Below, piece by piece: positions 8,308 through 18,297 of a DNA stretch of 64,000 nucleotides (positions are counted from its first letter, which is position 1; every line of letters starts with the position of its first letter). The stretch lies in the NCBI GenBank assembly GCA_018650645.1, contig JABIFP010000027.1, positions 24,379-88,378 on the forward strand, in the 5' to 3' direction. The stretch comes from Candidatus Magasanikiibacteriota bacterium. Its GTDB lineage: Bacteria > Patescibacteriota > Patescibacteriia > Magasanikbacterales > UBA922. The notes below the pieces were generated by a model. The model searched no databases. It was given only the letters and a program-made list of their open reading frames with translations, and had not been told where the DNA came from. The translations under genes and the position numbers were made by a program.

Positions 8308-8880
8308 ATGGACAAGCTAATCACGGCCAACCAGATCTTCGAGCTCCTCGGAGAGAACAAGCTCGGGCGCATTACCCGGGATCAACTGCAGGCGTTTTTG
8401 ATGTACCCTCTGGGCTGGAGGAACACCGGCGAGATCATCGAGTACGATCTCAAGCTCGGGCGCGATGCGATTAGTGCGCACGTGGCCGAAGGCAACTACG
8501 AGCACTTCGTCAGCCCTAACATCAGCACATTAGTCCACCACCTCGCCGGGCGGGGCTTTCGCACGGTGAGGTTCAAGCTTGTCCCGGGCAAGCTGTTCCA
8601 GAAACCTGAGCCGCACTTCCACTACTGCGAACGCGAGGACTTCCAGCTGTACTGCCAAGATCACCAACTCCGAGAGCCCAACGCGGCCGAGGCGACGCTG
8701 TACCCCGCCATGGACAGGCAGGTCGGGATCAAGAGCGGACCGCTGTACGCCTTCATCCACGAAGAGGATGCAATGTTCTCCGTGAGTTCTGAAGATGGCA
8801 AACGACAGCTCCTCTGGCAGAAAGCCAGCTGTACTCGTGGCTACTCTAGCGACCGGCTGTTCCTGGCCGTCTGCGTTTAG
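8308..8880 (+). CDS. GC-rich hypothetical protein, possibly a divergent C-type-lectin-fold (DGR-target-like) protein
   Basis: 190 aa, GC-biased codons; N-terminal GRITRDQLQAFL and C-terminal LREPNAAE...PLYAF...RQLLW...RLFLAV pattern. Family assignment is from memory of similar proteins, not a search. Confidence 0.7.
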   Translation: MDKLITANQIFELLGENKLGRITRDQLQAFLMYPLGWRNTGEIIEYDLKLGRDAISAHVAEGNYEHFVSPNISTLVHHLAGRGFRTVRFKLVPGKLFQKPEPHFHYCEREDFQLYCQDHQLREPNAAEATLYPAMDRQVGIKSGPLYAFIHEEDAMFSVSSEDGKRQLLWQKASCTRGYSSDRLFLAVCV

Positions 8881-9205
8881 TCGCTTGGGTCCTTGCGGAC
8901 TTTGCCCTCGGGCATTGGTTCCTTGGACACTTGGTTTCTTCCCCCGACGTAGTCGGGGGTCGACGCCGACCGGGCGACTACCTACACCCCGTGTGTGAAA
9001 GTTCGAAAGAACGAGTAACGCGCGGGTTTTTTCATATTCAAAAATTTTGTATAAAGAAAGAATTGTCGCTATCGCAAGCAGCATAATTTCTTTGTCACAT
9101 ATTGCAAAAAATAAAGCTACAATAAATTGCCAGGTTAATTTTCACTTTGCTACGTTAAGCAAAGAATCAAGGATTCTGTTTCGAACTACATCCAGCTGCC
9201 CGAGC

Positions 9206-9239
9206 AAAAAAAAGAAGATGCACTTGCATCTTCTTTTTT
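9206..9239. terminator. Bidirectional intrinsic terminator
   Basis: A8-GAAGATGCA-CT-TGCATCTTC-T6. Confidence 0.75.
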
Positions 9240-9350
9240 GTTACCTTCAATTGCTTCAACGTATTAAAGCGATATTTAGGTAGGGATCTTGCGATCCCTG
9301 ACCTCCTTTCGTCAGTTGTTGTTTGGTTCATTCAGCCAGCGGTGTTGCCG

Positions 9351-9872
9351 CTAGCCCATGCTGATGTGCATGACCAGCACCGACTCGACGTCGAAGCTGT
9401 GCGGGTGCACCAGGGGCAGGTCGGCGGCCAGGGCCGTCTTCATGATGCCGATCGCCGTGGGGATGTCCATGAGGGACTTGCCCACGATATCCACCATAGC
9501 GCTGAGCGTACCGCTGAAGCAGCAGGTGGTGAGCCCACGCTTGTCTTCGTCACGCCGGATCACGAGGCACTGGTCCTCGATCACGGCGGTGAAGCCCTGC
9601 ATGGTGCACGCACCCGGGTAGCTGCGGACGAGCTCCGCAATAGCGGCGGCGTCCTTCGGCAGGTCCTTGCCCACCTTCCGGAGGAAGGGGGCGCCGATCT
9701 CGATGATGTCGAGATCTCGGCTGTCGGCCAGGTGACCGACCTCGGCGTTCAGCATCTGGCGCGTGTAGATCAGCTGCGACTCGTAGTCGTCATGATCCGT
9801 GACGTTGCCCTGCTTGATGCCGAGAGCCTGGAGAAGCGGGTTGTTCCCGCTGGTGAAGGAAACTTCCTTCAT
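9351..9872 (-). CDS. GC-rich orphan hypothetical protein
   Basis: 173-aa ORF with G/C-ending codons; promoter TTGACA(10027-10022)-17-TATAGT(10004-9999) on the same strand. Confidence 0.7.
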   Translation of the reverse strand: MKEVSFTSGNNPLLQALGIKQGNVTDHDDYESQLIYTRQMLNAEVGHLADSRDLDIIEIGAPFLRKVGKDLPKDAAAIAELVRSYPGACTMQGFTAVIEDQCLVIRRDEDKRGLTTCCFSGTLSAMVDIVGKSLMDIPTAIGIMKTALAADLPLVHPHSFDVESVLVMHISMG

Positions 9873-10089
9873 GATGCATCCGTTTCTAGAAAACTGACTT
9901 CAGCTCGTTGCTGTCCCCAAGTCGTTCTCTTGTAGTGGTTGTGAGGGGAAGAAAAGCTTGTGATGACCTTTCTTCCTCCCAAAACAGATTGATATAGGAC
10001 TATAGACTATATTCACACTTTTGTCAATGATCGAGTAAAATTGTTATACACATAGGGCATTCACCAGAATTCCTCTATACTGCATATAT

Positions 10090-10446
10090 ATGAAACAACT
10101 TCTCTTTGTCTACAATGCAGATTCGGGTCTCTTTAATGCGCTCACTGATGCTGCGCATAAGGTTCTTTCGCCAAAAACATATTCCTGTGCACTCTGTAAG
10201 TTGACGCACGGCTCTGTAAGTATGAAAAAAGAATGGGCTGATTATATTGCTTCACTGCCAATACAAAGCACGTTTTTGCATAAAGACGAACTGCCAAAAG
10301 ATTTTGCCATTGGAGGATTGGAGCTACCCGCGGTATTACTAAAAGAGGGTAATAGTGCTGATATATTGATTTCTGCTACAGAGCTCGAGCAAACAGCGTC
10401 ATTAGAAAACCTGATTTCATTACTCTCTGATCGTCTGTCTTTATGA
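10090..10446 (+). CDS. Conserved hypothetical protein with a CxxC motif
   Basis: FVYNADSG...HKVLSPKTYSCALCKLTHG; first gene of a thiol-redox cluster. Confidence 0.7.
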   Translation: MKQLLFVYNADSGLFNALTDAAHKVLSPKTYSCALCKLTHGSVSMKKEWADYIASLPIQSTFLHKDELPKDFAIGGLELPAVLLKEGNSADILISATELEQTASLENLISLLSDRLSL

Positions 10447-11426
10447 AAAAATTAGAAATTATTATTGCTGTATTGCTACTATTTGGTACGGGATTATATT
10501 TAGTACTGACAAATAGTGGCAAGTCAGAATTGCCTGTTCTCAATCGAGCTGATCAGGTAGCTGAGCAAGAGATTTCAGGCAAGGCACACCCAACGCCGCT
10601 CGTTGATCCTTCAGAGATTATTGGCGGTGGTCCGCCGCAAGATGGTATCCCTTCAATTGATGCCCCTCTCTTTGATGCCGCTTCAGAAGTTGATTATTTA
10701 GATGAAACAGAACCAGGAATTGCGCTTTCAATTGGTGGTACGCATCGATTTTATCCGTATCAAATTTTGGTATGGCATGAAATTGTAAACGATACGATGG
10801 ATGGATCAAGAGTACTTATTACATATTGTCCACTTTGTTTTTCAGGCATTGTATTTGATCCAATTGTAAAAGGAGAAGAAGTGGAATTTGGTACAAGTGG
10901 AAAGCTGTGGCAATCGAATTTGGTGATGTATGACAGAAAAACACGGTCGTATTGGTCACAAATTTTAGGGCAAGCGATTATGGGAGAAGTAGCAGGGCAA
11001 TCACTTAATATTATTCCTTCAGACATCATGACCTTTGGCGAGTGGAGCGAATTGTATCCGAATGGGCAAGTGCTCTCACGTGACACGGGGTTTGTGCGAT
11101 TTTACGGAGCGGATCCATATGGGGACTACTATACAACTCCCGGGACAATTTTTGATGTGCGCGCAAGTGATGACAGACTGCATGAAAAAGAAGTGGTGTT
11201 AGGAGTTGTGGTAGACGGAAGCGCACATGCGTGGAAGACAAGTACAATAGAAGAGATGGGAACTATAGAGGCTGTTGTTGGTGAAAAACAGCTTATAGCT
11301 ACATACAATGAGGAAAAGAAGACTATCAGAATTACAGATGCGCAGTCAGGAGATATAGTAGGTGCATCACCGACATTTTGGTTTGCTTGGGTAGCCGCGT
11401 ATCCAGAAACTGGTTTATCACAGTAA
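10443..11426 (+). CDS. DUF3179 family exported protein
   Basis: N-terminal anchor; GGPPQDGIPSID, WHEIVND, TYCPLCFSG, GTSGKLWQSNLVMYDR..SYWSQ, FWFAW..YP. Confidence 0.85.
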   Translation: MKKLEIIIAVLLLFGTGLYLVLTNSGKSELPVLNRADQVAEQEISGKAHPTPLVDPSEIIGGGPPQDGIPSIDAPLFDAASEVDYLDETEPGIALSIGGTHRFYPYQILVWHEIVNDTMDGSRVLITYCPLCFSGIVFDPIVKGEEVEFGTSGKLWQSNLVMYDRKTRSYWSQILGQAIMGEVAGQSLNIIPSDIMTFGEWSELYPNGQVLSRDTGFVRFYGADPYGDYYTTPGTIFDVRASDDRLHEKEVVLGVVVDGSAHAWKTSTIEEMGTIEAVVGEKQLIATYNEEKKTIRITDAQSGDIVGASPTFWFAWVAAYPETGLSQ

Positions 11427-11427
11427 T

Positions 11428-11901
11428 ATGAAATATATTCTTTCAATTGTAGCGGCATTGATACTGTCTGGATGTGGTCATGTATTGCCAGATCAGCATC
11501 CTGTAATGGATGTGCCTTTTGAAAATGATGTGCAAGAGGAAATCACTCTCTCATCATTTGACACACCGCTTGTAGTGAATGCCTGGGCCTCCTGGTGCGA
11601 ATTCTGTAAAAGAGAATTACCAGATTTTATTTCTTTAACCGATCAGTATCCAGACATAACATTTGTTGCCATAAATAGGGGAGAGAGTGCAGAGGCTGCA
11701 AGTGACTACATAGCAACTATTGCTGATAATGAAGCACTTACATGGCTCCGCGATCCCGATGATGACTTTTACAAAGCAATAGGTGGATTCGCCATGCCAG
11801 AAACAATCTTCGTATCAAAGGAAGGAAAAATCCTTCTACATAAACGTGGATTCATGACGAAAGATCAAATGACGGATATAATTAATGAACACCTCAATTA
11901 A
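11428..11901 (+). CDS. TlpA/ResA-like thioredoxin lipoprotein
   Basis: Lipobox LSGC; VVNAWASWCEFCKRELP; MPETIFV. Confidence 0.88.
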   Translation: MKYILSIVAALILSGCGHVLPDQHPVMDVPFENDVQEEITLSSFDTPLVVNAWASWCEFCKRELPDFISLTDQYPDITFVAINRGESAEAASDYIATIADNEALTWLRDPDDDFYKAIGGFAMPETIFVSKEGKILLHKRGFMTKDQMTDIINEHLN

Positions 11902-11902
11902 T

Positions 11903-12676
11903 ATGGAAATAGAAGCTATTAGCCTTATCATCCCAGCATTTATTGCCGGATTACTCACGTTTCTTGCGCCATGTACGCTTCCGCTTGTACCCGGCTTCTT
12001 AGGATTTATTGCTGGAGTTTCAGCAAAAGAACTTGCAGGTGAAGGAGTGAAACTTTCTGCAAGAAAACGCGTGCTTAAAAACGGCCTCATGTACGTACTA
12101 GGGTTTTCTGTTGTCTTTATACTCCTTGGGTCGTTATTCGGCGCTGCGGGTGCATTTTTGGCGCCATACAGAGTCTGGTTATCGCGTATTGGTGGTGTAG
12201 TTATCATCTTTTTTGGTCTGTATTTAATGCATGCATTTGATCTCAAGTTTTTGCAATTTCTTAGCAGGCAAAAAAGATTTTCGTTTACAAAAAAACTTAC
12301 TCCAGGTAAGCCATTATCATCATTTGTATTTGGTGCCACGTTTGCTCTTGGATGGACACCTTGTGTTGGGCCAGTGCTTGGAACAGTATTACTGCTCGCT
12401 TCTACCAGCGGACAGGTACTTCAAGGAGCCTTCTTGCTTGCTGTGTTTTCAGCAGGACTCGCGATTCCATTCTTACTACTAGCACTTGGAATTGGACATG
12501 CCCAGGCATATGTCAGAAAGCTTTCTAAAGTACTCAATATTATTTCTATTGTTGGCGGGGTATTCCTCATCTTTATTGGAGTACTCCTTTTGACTGATTC
12601 TTTTGGTGCCTGGATTGGGACATTCTATCAGTACTTTAACTTCTTAAATGCTGATGCACTTCTTAACTATCTATAA
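11903..12676 (+). CDS. ccdA: CcdA/DsbD transmembrane disulfide reductase
   Basis: AGLLTFLAPCTLPLVPGF and FALGWTPCVGPVLG motifs; multiple TM helices; start moved to ATG 11903. Confidence 0.9.
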   Translation: MEIEAISLIIPAFIAGLLTFLAPCTLPLVPGFLGFIAGVSAKELAGEGVKLSARKRVLKNGLMYVLGFSVVFILLGSLFGAAGAFLAPYRVWLSRIGGVVIIFFGLYLMHAFDLKFLQFLSRQKRFSFTKKLTPGKPLSSFVFGATFALGWTPCVGPVLGTVLLLASTSGQVLQGAFLLAVFSAGLAIPFLLLALGIGHAQAYVRKLSKVLNIISIVGGVFLIFIGVLLLTDSFGAWIGTFYQYFNFLNADALLNYL

Positions 12677-13091
12677 ACTTCTTATAGGCAGCAACACAAT
12701 CAATTATCATATTTTTTGAGCAGTGCTCAGGCAGATCATCGATTGAAAACCACCGTAATTCATCACACTTATGGGGCTCCAAATTTGTTGGGGTTCCTTT
12801 TATTGTTGCGACGTAGTCAATAGATAGCCAATGCTGTTTTTCATCAGGTAAGATATGATCGTATACGCGCAATTCTCTGACCGATGTCATCTCGCAACCA
12901 ATCTCCTCTAAGATCTCTCTTCTGAGAGCTTTCTCTCTTGTCTCACCAAATTCAACGCTTCCACCAGGTTTACTCCAGCAGTTAGGTTCTACTTTTGCCG
13001 TTGCTGGTCTATGCAACAGCAAGACCTCCTTTTTTTCGTTCACAATTAAGGCACCAACGCCAATGCCTATATAATCGATACCCTGTTTCAT
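12663..13091 (-). CDS. NUDIX hydrolase
   Basis: Nudix box GGSVEFGETREKALRREILEEIG; EPHKC...WF. Confidence 0.9.
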   Translation of the reverse strand: MKQGIDYIGIGVGALIVNEKKEVLLLHRPATAKVEPNCWSKPGGSVEFGETREKALRREILEEIGCEMTSVRELRVYDHILPDEKQHWLSIDYVATIKGTPTNLEPHKCDELRWFSIDDLPEHCSKNMIIDCVAAYKKFIDS

Positions 13092-13098
13092 ATGTTCA

Positions 13099-14502
13099 CT
13101 ATAAGAATTTCACAATGATCTGTGAATAGATAGTGTACGCGCTAAACACGGCAAATACAAGGAAAATAGTCAGCATAACGAGCTTGCGGAACATACCCGG
13201 CTGTACTGGCTTTGGAAGGGCTACTCGATTAAGAATTTGTACAAGACCAATATGTACAAACATGGCAAATGCATTGATTACCGCCCCAAGGATGATGAGA
13301 AGCTTAGGCTCCGTGATCCCAATGAGGAATAAGAAAATGCCAAACGCAATTTGCGCCCATAAAAAGGTAAAGTAATATTTTGAAAGATTGACAGTGGTTT
13401 TCTTATGTTTCGCAATTGATCGGAGTGCAGCATTTTCTGCCATGATACGACTTGTAGAATCGAGCACACCAAGCTGTGTTTGGAATAACATTACTGTTAC
13501 TGCAATCAAGAACAGAGCACCTACAAAAGGGGAGAGTGTGCTACTCAGTAGCGTTCCCTGATTCATAACAAACTGAATGCCTTCTAGATTGGTAGGATTA
13601 CCAAAGGTAAGCACATAAGAAAGCAGCATTAAAAGCATCATCGCAAGCGCACCTAAGAACCAGAATACAATACCGTGCTCAATATTAATGCGTCTCCACC
13701 AGACATCAAATCGACTAAGATTTTCTTTTGTGAGCGCAAAGTCATGTCCTTCTAAACGAATCTGCTTATGTCCACCTTTTTTTCTAAAGAGTCCAGAAAT
13801 GCGTTCAGAATATGCACCCATGCCGTAGCCTTTTTCTTTTACATAAATCGATTGTGTCAGATTGAGGTTTCCACCAGCTCCAGAGTAGGCAAATGCGGCA
13901 AAAAAGGCTGCAAACGGAATTCCTGCAGGAAGCCATCTGTATCCATCACCATGCCCACCAATACCCTGAAGGAGCGCTGTCCAATCGGCCTTTGTTGCAA
14001 GGTACAATGCCAACACAAGAATGAACGGTACACAGATAAAAATAACTCGCGTAGTAAGCCACTCCATCATGCCGTACACCGTTTTTCCGAGTGAAAGAAA
14101 GATACCAATTCCAATGAGCATGATAATTGCAAGGAATGCATGCGATTCAAATCCAAGAAGTGAAGCGAATACCTGCGCAGAGGCTGCAATGATACCCGGA
14201 AGCCCAAACCCAACAAAGGTAGAAAAGATGAACCATGCTGGTGCCGCCTTCCACATTTTTGCAAGACCGACAAATACACTTTCTCCCTTAACTAATCCAT
14301 ACCGTTCAATCTCCATGTTCATAAAGAACTGGAACGTAATACCAAGGAGCGCACCCCATGCAATTCCAAGTCCGTAGTTCGAAGCCAAATATGGCCAAAG
14401 GATAACCTCACCAGAACCGAGTCCTAGCGCAAGGATAATAAAACTTGGTCCAATCAGCTTTTTGAGCGGCAGTGGCTTTGGAAACGGTTTCTTATGTGAC
14501 AT
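13099..14502 (-). CDS. Nramp-like/APC-superfamily membrane transporter
   Basis: IGPSFIILALGLGSGEVILWP start; about 11 TM helices; AYSGAGG. Confidence 0.75.
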   Translation of the reverse strand: MSHKKPFPKPLPLKKLIGPSFIILALGLGSGEVILWPYLASNYGLGIAWGALLGITFQFFMNMEIERYGLVKGESVFVGLAKMWKAAPAWFIFSTFVGFGLPGIIAASAQVFASLLGFESHAFLAIIMLIGIGIFLSLGKTVYGMMEWLTTRVIFICVPFILVLALYLATKADWTALLQGIGGHGDGYRWLPAGIPFAAFFAAFAYSGAGGNLNLTQSIYVKEKGYGMGAYSERISGLFRKKGGHKQIRLEGHDFALTKENLSRFDVWWRRINIEHGIVFWFLGALAMMLLMLLSYVLTFGNPTNLEGIQFVMNQGTLLSSTLSPFVGALFLIAVTVMLFQTQLGVLDSTSRIMAENAALRSIAKHKKTTVNLSKYYFTFLWAQIAFGIFLFLIGITEPKLLIILGAVINAFAMFVHIGLVQILNRVALPKPVQPGMFRKLVMLTIFLVFAVFSAYTIYSQIIVKFL

Positions 14503-14583
14503 ACAGGCAATTATAATGCCACTACTATACCATATATGCGTATAGTTGCCGAGCGCGCGTCTATGCGGTACAATGCACCCACT

Positions 14584-17500
14584 ATGTCAGAATTTGTCCA
14601 TCTACATCAACACACGCACTATTCGCTGCTTAATGGGCTTACAAAAGTAAAGCCTCTTGTGAAGGCCGCAAAGAAGCGTGGATTCAAGGCAGTAGCGCTT
14701 ACAGATTACGGTTCCATGTATGGAGCAATCGAATTTTATAAGGAGTGTAAGAAACAAGAGATCAAACCTCTGATTGGATTTGTGGCCTACATTGCACCGC
14801 GTACCATGCAGGATATGGATCCTGAAAAAGATAAGGATCTGTTTACTCTTGTGTTACATGCAGAAAATACAGAGGGATATAAAAATTTGCTCAAGCTTAC
14901 TTCGGCTGGACATTTAGATGGATTTTATAATGGAAAGCCTCGATTAGATAAAGCGTTACTACGCACATACAGTAGCAGCATTATTGCGCTTTCTGGCGGT
15001 ATTAGTGGAGAAATTCCACAGGCGATTGTTCGTGGTAAATTGGATAAGGCAAGAGAACTCGCAGAAGAGTACAATGATATTTTTGGTCAGGACAATTTCT
15101 ACTTAGAGTTACAAGATCATCCCGCACTGGAGGGACAAATGGCTGTGAATACAGAACTCATCGCCATTTCTAAAGAGCTTAACATTCCAATGGTTGTTAC
15201 GCGTGATATCCATTACCTAAATCCTGATGAAGCAGAGGCACAAGATATTTTGCGCTGTGTTGGAGCCGGATGGAAGGTTGGCTATTCAGATAGAGAGGAT
15301 TTGCGTCATGTGGACCGATCCATGAATAGTGCAGAAGACATTACGTCTCGATTTAGACATGTCCCAGAGGCATTAGAAAATACAGCAAAGATTGCAGCAA
15401 GAATTGATATTAAAATCGAGCTAGATAATTGGCATTTTGCGCCAGTAGAGATTCCAGATGGGACAACGTATGATGAAGTGCTACGTAAAGAAGCGTATAA
15501 ATGCGCACCAGCATTCTATCCAGAAATGGGAGACGTTATTAATGAACGTATTGAATACGAGCTCGATATTATTAAAACAAAAGGATATTCTCCGTACTTT
15601 TTATGTGTAGCAGATTATGTTCGCTATGCAAAATCAAAGGGAATTGTAGAATCTACTCGTGGATCGGCAGCGGGGTCGCTTGTTTCATATGTTATTGGGA
15701 TTACAACTGTAGATCCGATTCGATTTAAATTACCGTTTGAACGATTTTTAAACCCATTCCGTCCGTCTGCTCCTGATGTTGATACAGATTTTGCCGATGA
15801 TAGACGGCAAGAGATGATTGAATACGTAACAGAAAAATACGGAGTAGATAAAGTTGCGCAGATTATTACCTTTGGAACGATGCAGGCGAGAGCTGCGGTG
15901 CGTGATGTTGGACGCGCGCTTGGTCTTTCATACTCGTTTTGTGATCAGGTAGCAAAACTAATTCCAGCAGGGGCACAGGGATTCCCAATGACTTTGGAGC
16001 GCGCAATGGCCGAAGAGCCTGATTTGAAAAAATTGTTTGATACCAATGAAGATGTAAATCGATTGTTAACATTGGCGCAAAAAGTTGAAGGGTGTGCACG
16101 GCATACCTCTATCCATGCCGCCGGTGTGGTTATTTCGCCAACACCACTTACAGACTTTACGCCAGTTCAGAGAGAAACAGGTGGAGATAGATTAGTTACA
16201 CAGTATGAAATGCATTCTGTGGAAGCAGCGGGTGTACTAAAGAATGATTTTTTGGGAATTAGAAATCTTACAATTTTAGGTAAGGCCGTAGAAATTGTAA
16301 AAGCAACAATGAACGAGGATGTTGATATTTATTCGCTTCCACTAGAAGATAAACCAACCTTTGACATGCTTGCACGTGGGGAAACCATGGGAGTATTCCA
16401 AATGGCAAGTTCAGGTATGACACGTTGGTTGAAAGAGCTAGCACCAACAAGTATCGATGACATCATGGCGATGGTAGCCCTGTACCGACCAGGACCGATG
16501 GACTTTATCCCTGAATATATTGAACGAGCGCATGATGCCAGTAAAATTGATTATCCTCATCCGGATTTAGAGGAAATTTTGGAAAAGTCGCTTGGATTAT
16601 TGATTTACCAGGATGACGTGATGCTTACTGCTATTAAGTTAGCAGGATACGATTGGTTAGAAGCGGATAAATTCCGTAAAGCCATGGGAAAAAAGATTCC
16701 TGAGCTGATGAAGGAACAGGAATCGAAGTTTAAGGGTGGTTGTGTAAAGAATGGTATTGCAAAATCAATTGCAGATGAACTTTGGGAACGAATTAAACCG
16801 TTTGCTACGTATGCGTTTAATAAAGCGCATGCTGCGAGTTACGGAATGGTTGCGTACCAAACGGCATACATGAAAGCACATTACCCAGTGCAGTTTATGA
16901 CTGCTATTTTGCATGCAGAAGCCGGTGATATCGAAAAAGTTGCCGCAATTGTTGGCGCTTGTAGGCAAATGAAAATTGAAGTACTTCCACCGGATGTGAA
17001 TGAAAGTTTCAAGAACTTTGCTATGGTAAGTAAAGCGGACGAGAAGCCGGGAAGAATTCGGTTTGGTTTAACAGCAATTAAAAATGTAGGAGAACATATC
17101 TGTGAGGTTATATATAAAGAGAGAAAGGCAAATGGACAATATGCATCGCTTGAAGACCTTTTAGAGAGGGTGCAAGACAAAGACATGAATAAAAGATCAT
17201 TAGATAGTTTGATTAAGGTTGGTGCGCTCGATTGTTTTGGACATGATAGAGGATTACTCATAAGTAACCTTGAGCATTTACAATTTTATAATAAGCAAGT
17301 AAAAGAACACGCTACTTCGCATCAGGATTCACTTTTTGCAGGAACGGCAATTGAATTTGATGAAAAAGTTGTACTTAAGCCAGCAAATGATGCAACCTTA
17401 GATGAAATGCTTACCTGGGAGAAGCAACTCCTTGGGTTATATATCAGTTCGCATCCTGTCATAAAATATGAAAAATATTTTAAAGAATCCCAAACTGCGC

Positions 17501-18093
17501 TTATTGATGTTGAGCATGCTGAGCGAGATGATTGGGTCATAACTCTTGGTGTTATTGAGTACACAAAGAAGAAAATCACCAAAAAAGGAGATGTGATGAT
17601 GTTTGTGACGATTCAGGACACAACAGCAAACATGGAACTTTTGGTATTTCCAAAAACATATGCCAAAACGCAGTCAATTTGGGTAGAAGGAACGGTGGTA
17701 TGCGTAGTTGGTAAAACCCCAAGAGAACATGGGGACAATAAAATATTTGTAGAAAATGCACATGTGCTGGATGAAGCGAATGCAGAAGTGATTGGAAGAC
17801 AGGTTTCAATGGGATCAAGTCACGCCGCTCCAAAGAAGAACTTCCATCAGAGTGCTGAGGCTGTGCCTGAAGAAAAAGAACAATCTCTTACAATTTTTTT
17901 GAGCAAAGCAGATGCGCAGCTCCACGCAGGAAGAATAAAAAGTATTTGCGGTGCGTATCCGGGTGATATGCAGGTAATTATCGATATTGAAGGAGCTAAA
18001 ATAGAGGCAAATTTCACCTGTGATGGCGGATCGGATCTCATCGACGAACTGGAAGATATAGTAGGTCTCTCATCAATTAGCCTTGACAAATAG
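14584..18093 (+). CDS. dnaE: DNA polymerase III alpha subunit
   Basis: FVHLHQHTHYSLL PHP domain, RGSAAGSLV, PDVDTDF, HAAGVVI, DFLGIRNL, FNKAHAASY, OB fold; start at ATG 14584. Confidence 0.97.
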   Translation: MSEFVHLHQHTHYSLLNGLTKVKPLVKAAKKRGFKAVALTDYGSMYGAIEFYKECKKQEIKPLIGFVAYIAPRTMQDMDPEKDKDLFTLVLHAENTEGYKNLLKLTSAGHLDGFYNGKPRLDKALLRTYSSSIIALSGGISGEIPQAIVRGKLDKARELAEEYNDIFGQDNFYLELQDHPALEGQMAVNTELIAISKELNIPMVVTRDIHYLNPDEAEAQDILRCVGAGWKVGYSDREDLRHVDRSMNSAEDITSRFRHVPEALENTAKIAARIDIKIELDNWHFAPVEIPDGTTYDEVLRKEAYKCAPAFYPEMGDVINERIEYELDIIKTKGYSPYFLCVADYVRYAKSKGIVESTRGSAAGSLVSYVIGITTVDPIRFKLPFERFLNPFRPSAPDVDTDFADDRRQEMIEYVTEKYGVDKVAQIITFGTMQARAAVRDVGRALGLSYSFCDQVAKLIPAGAQGFPMTLERAMAEEPDLKKLFDTNEDVNRLLTLAQKVEGCARHTSIHAAGVVISPTPLTDFTPVQRETGGDRLVTQYEMHSVEAAGVLKNDFLGIRNLTILGKAVEIVKATMNEDVDIYSLPLEDKPTFDMLARGETMGVFQMASSGMTRWLKELAPTSIDDIMAMVALYRPGPMDFIPEYIERAHDASKIDYPHPDLEEILEKSLGLLIYQDDVMLTAIKLAGYDWLEADKFRKAMGKKIPELMKEQESKFKGGCVKNGIAKSIADELWERIKPFATYAFNKAHAASYGMVAYQTAYMKAHYPVQFMTAILHAEAGDIEKVAAIVGACRQMKIEVLPPDVNESFKNFAMVSKADEKPGRIRFGLTAIKNVGEHICEVIYKERKANGQYASLEDLLERVQDKDMNKRSLDSLIKVGALDCFGHDRGLLISNLEHLQFYNKQVKEHATSHQDSLFAGTAIEFDEKVVLKPANDATLDEMLTWEKQLLGLYISSHPVIKYEKYFKESQTALIDVEHAERDDWVITLGVIEYTKKKITKKGDVMMFVTIQDTTANMELLVFPKTYAKTQSIWVEGTVVCVVGKTPREHGDNKIFVENAHVLDEANAEVIGRQVSMGSSHAAPKKNFHQSAEAVPEEKEQSLTIFLSKADAQLHAGRIKSICGAYPGDMQVIIDIEGAKIEANFTCDGGSDLIDELEDIVGLSSISLDK

Positions 18094-18159
18094 GGCTTTT
18101 TAGTGTTTTATACCTTTGGACATAGGGGCCCGTTAGCGCGGGAGAGAGGAAGCGGGGTT

Positions 18160-18297
18160 ATGCCTCGACCGAAGTGTTTCATTTGCAGCAAGAAGAGCGT
18201 CTCCCAAGCGGGACAGGCGTGCAGTGCATGCAAGAGGAAGGCGGAAGCGGAGACGCGTCAAGCTGACTCGGTCCGTCGCGGCAAGCGCCATCGATAG
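18160..18297 (+). CDS. GC-rich 45-aa basic Zn-finger miniprotein
   Basis: MPRPKCFICSKK...CSACKRK (CxxC-x11-CxxC); purine-rich RBS-like sequence; TTGACA at 18083; terminator AAAGGACACCA-CTAGT-TGGTGTCCTTTT at ~18371-18398. Confidence 0.55.
   Translation: MPRPKCFICSKKSVSQAGQACSACKRKAEAETRQADSVRRGKRHR

Noticed and set aside
9033-9205. AT-rich spacer between orphan genes 3 and 4 as a possible pseudogene
   Set aside because: Only a short hydrophobic frame with no convincing start or recognisable homology.
14584-18093. Possible intein or intron in dnaE or clpB
   Set aside because: Lengths are normal, motifs are continuous and no intein splice motifs were seen.
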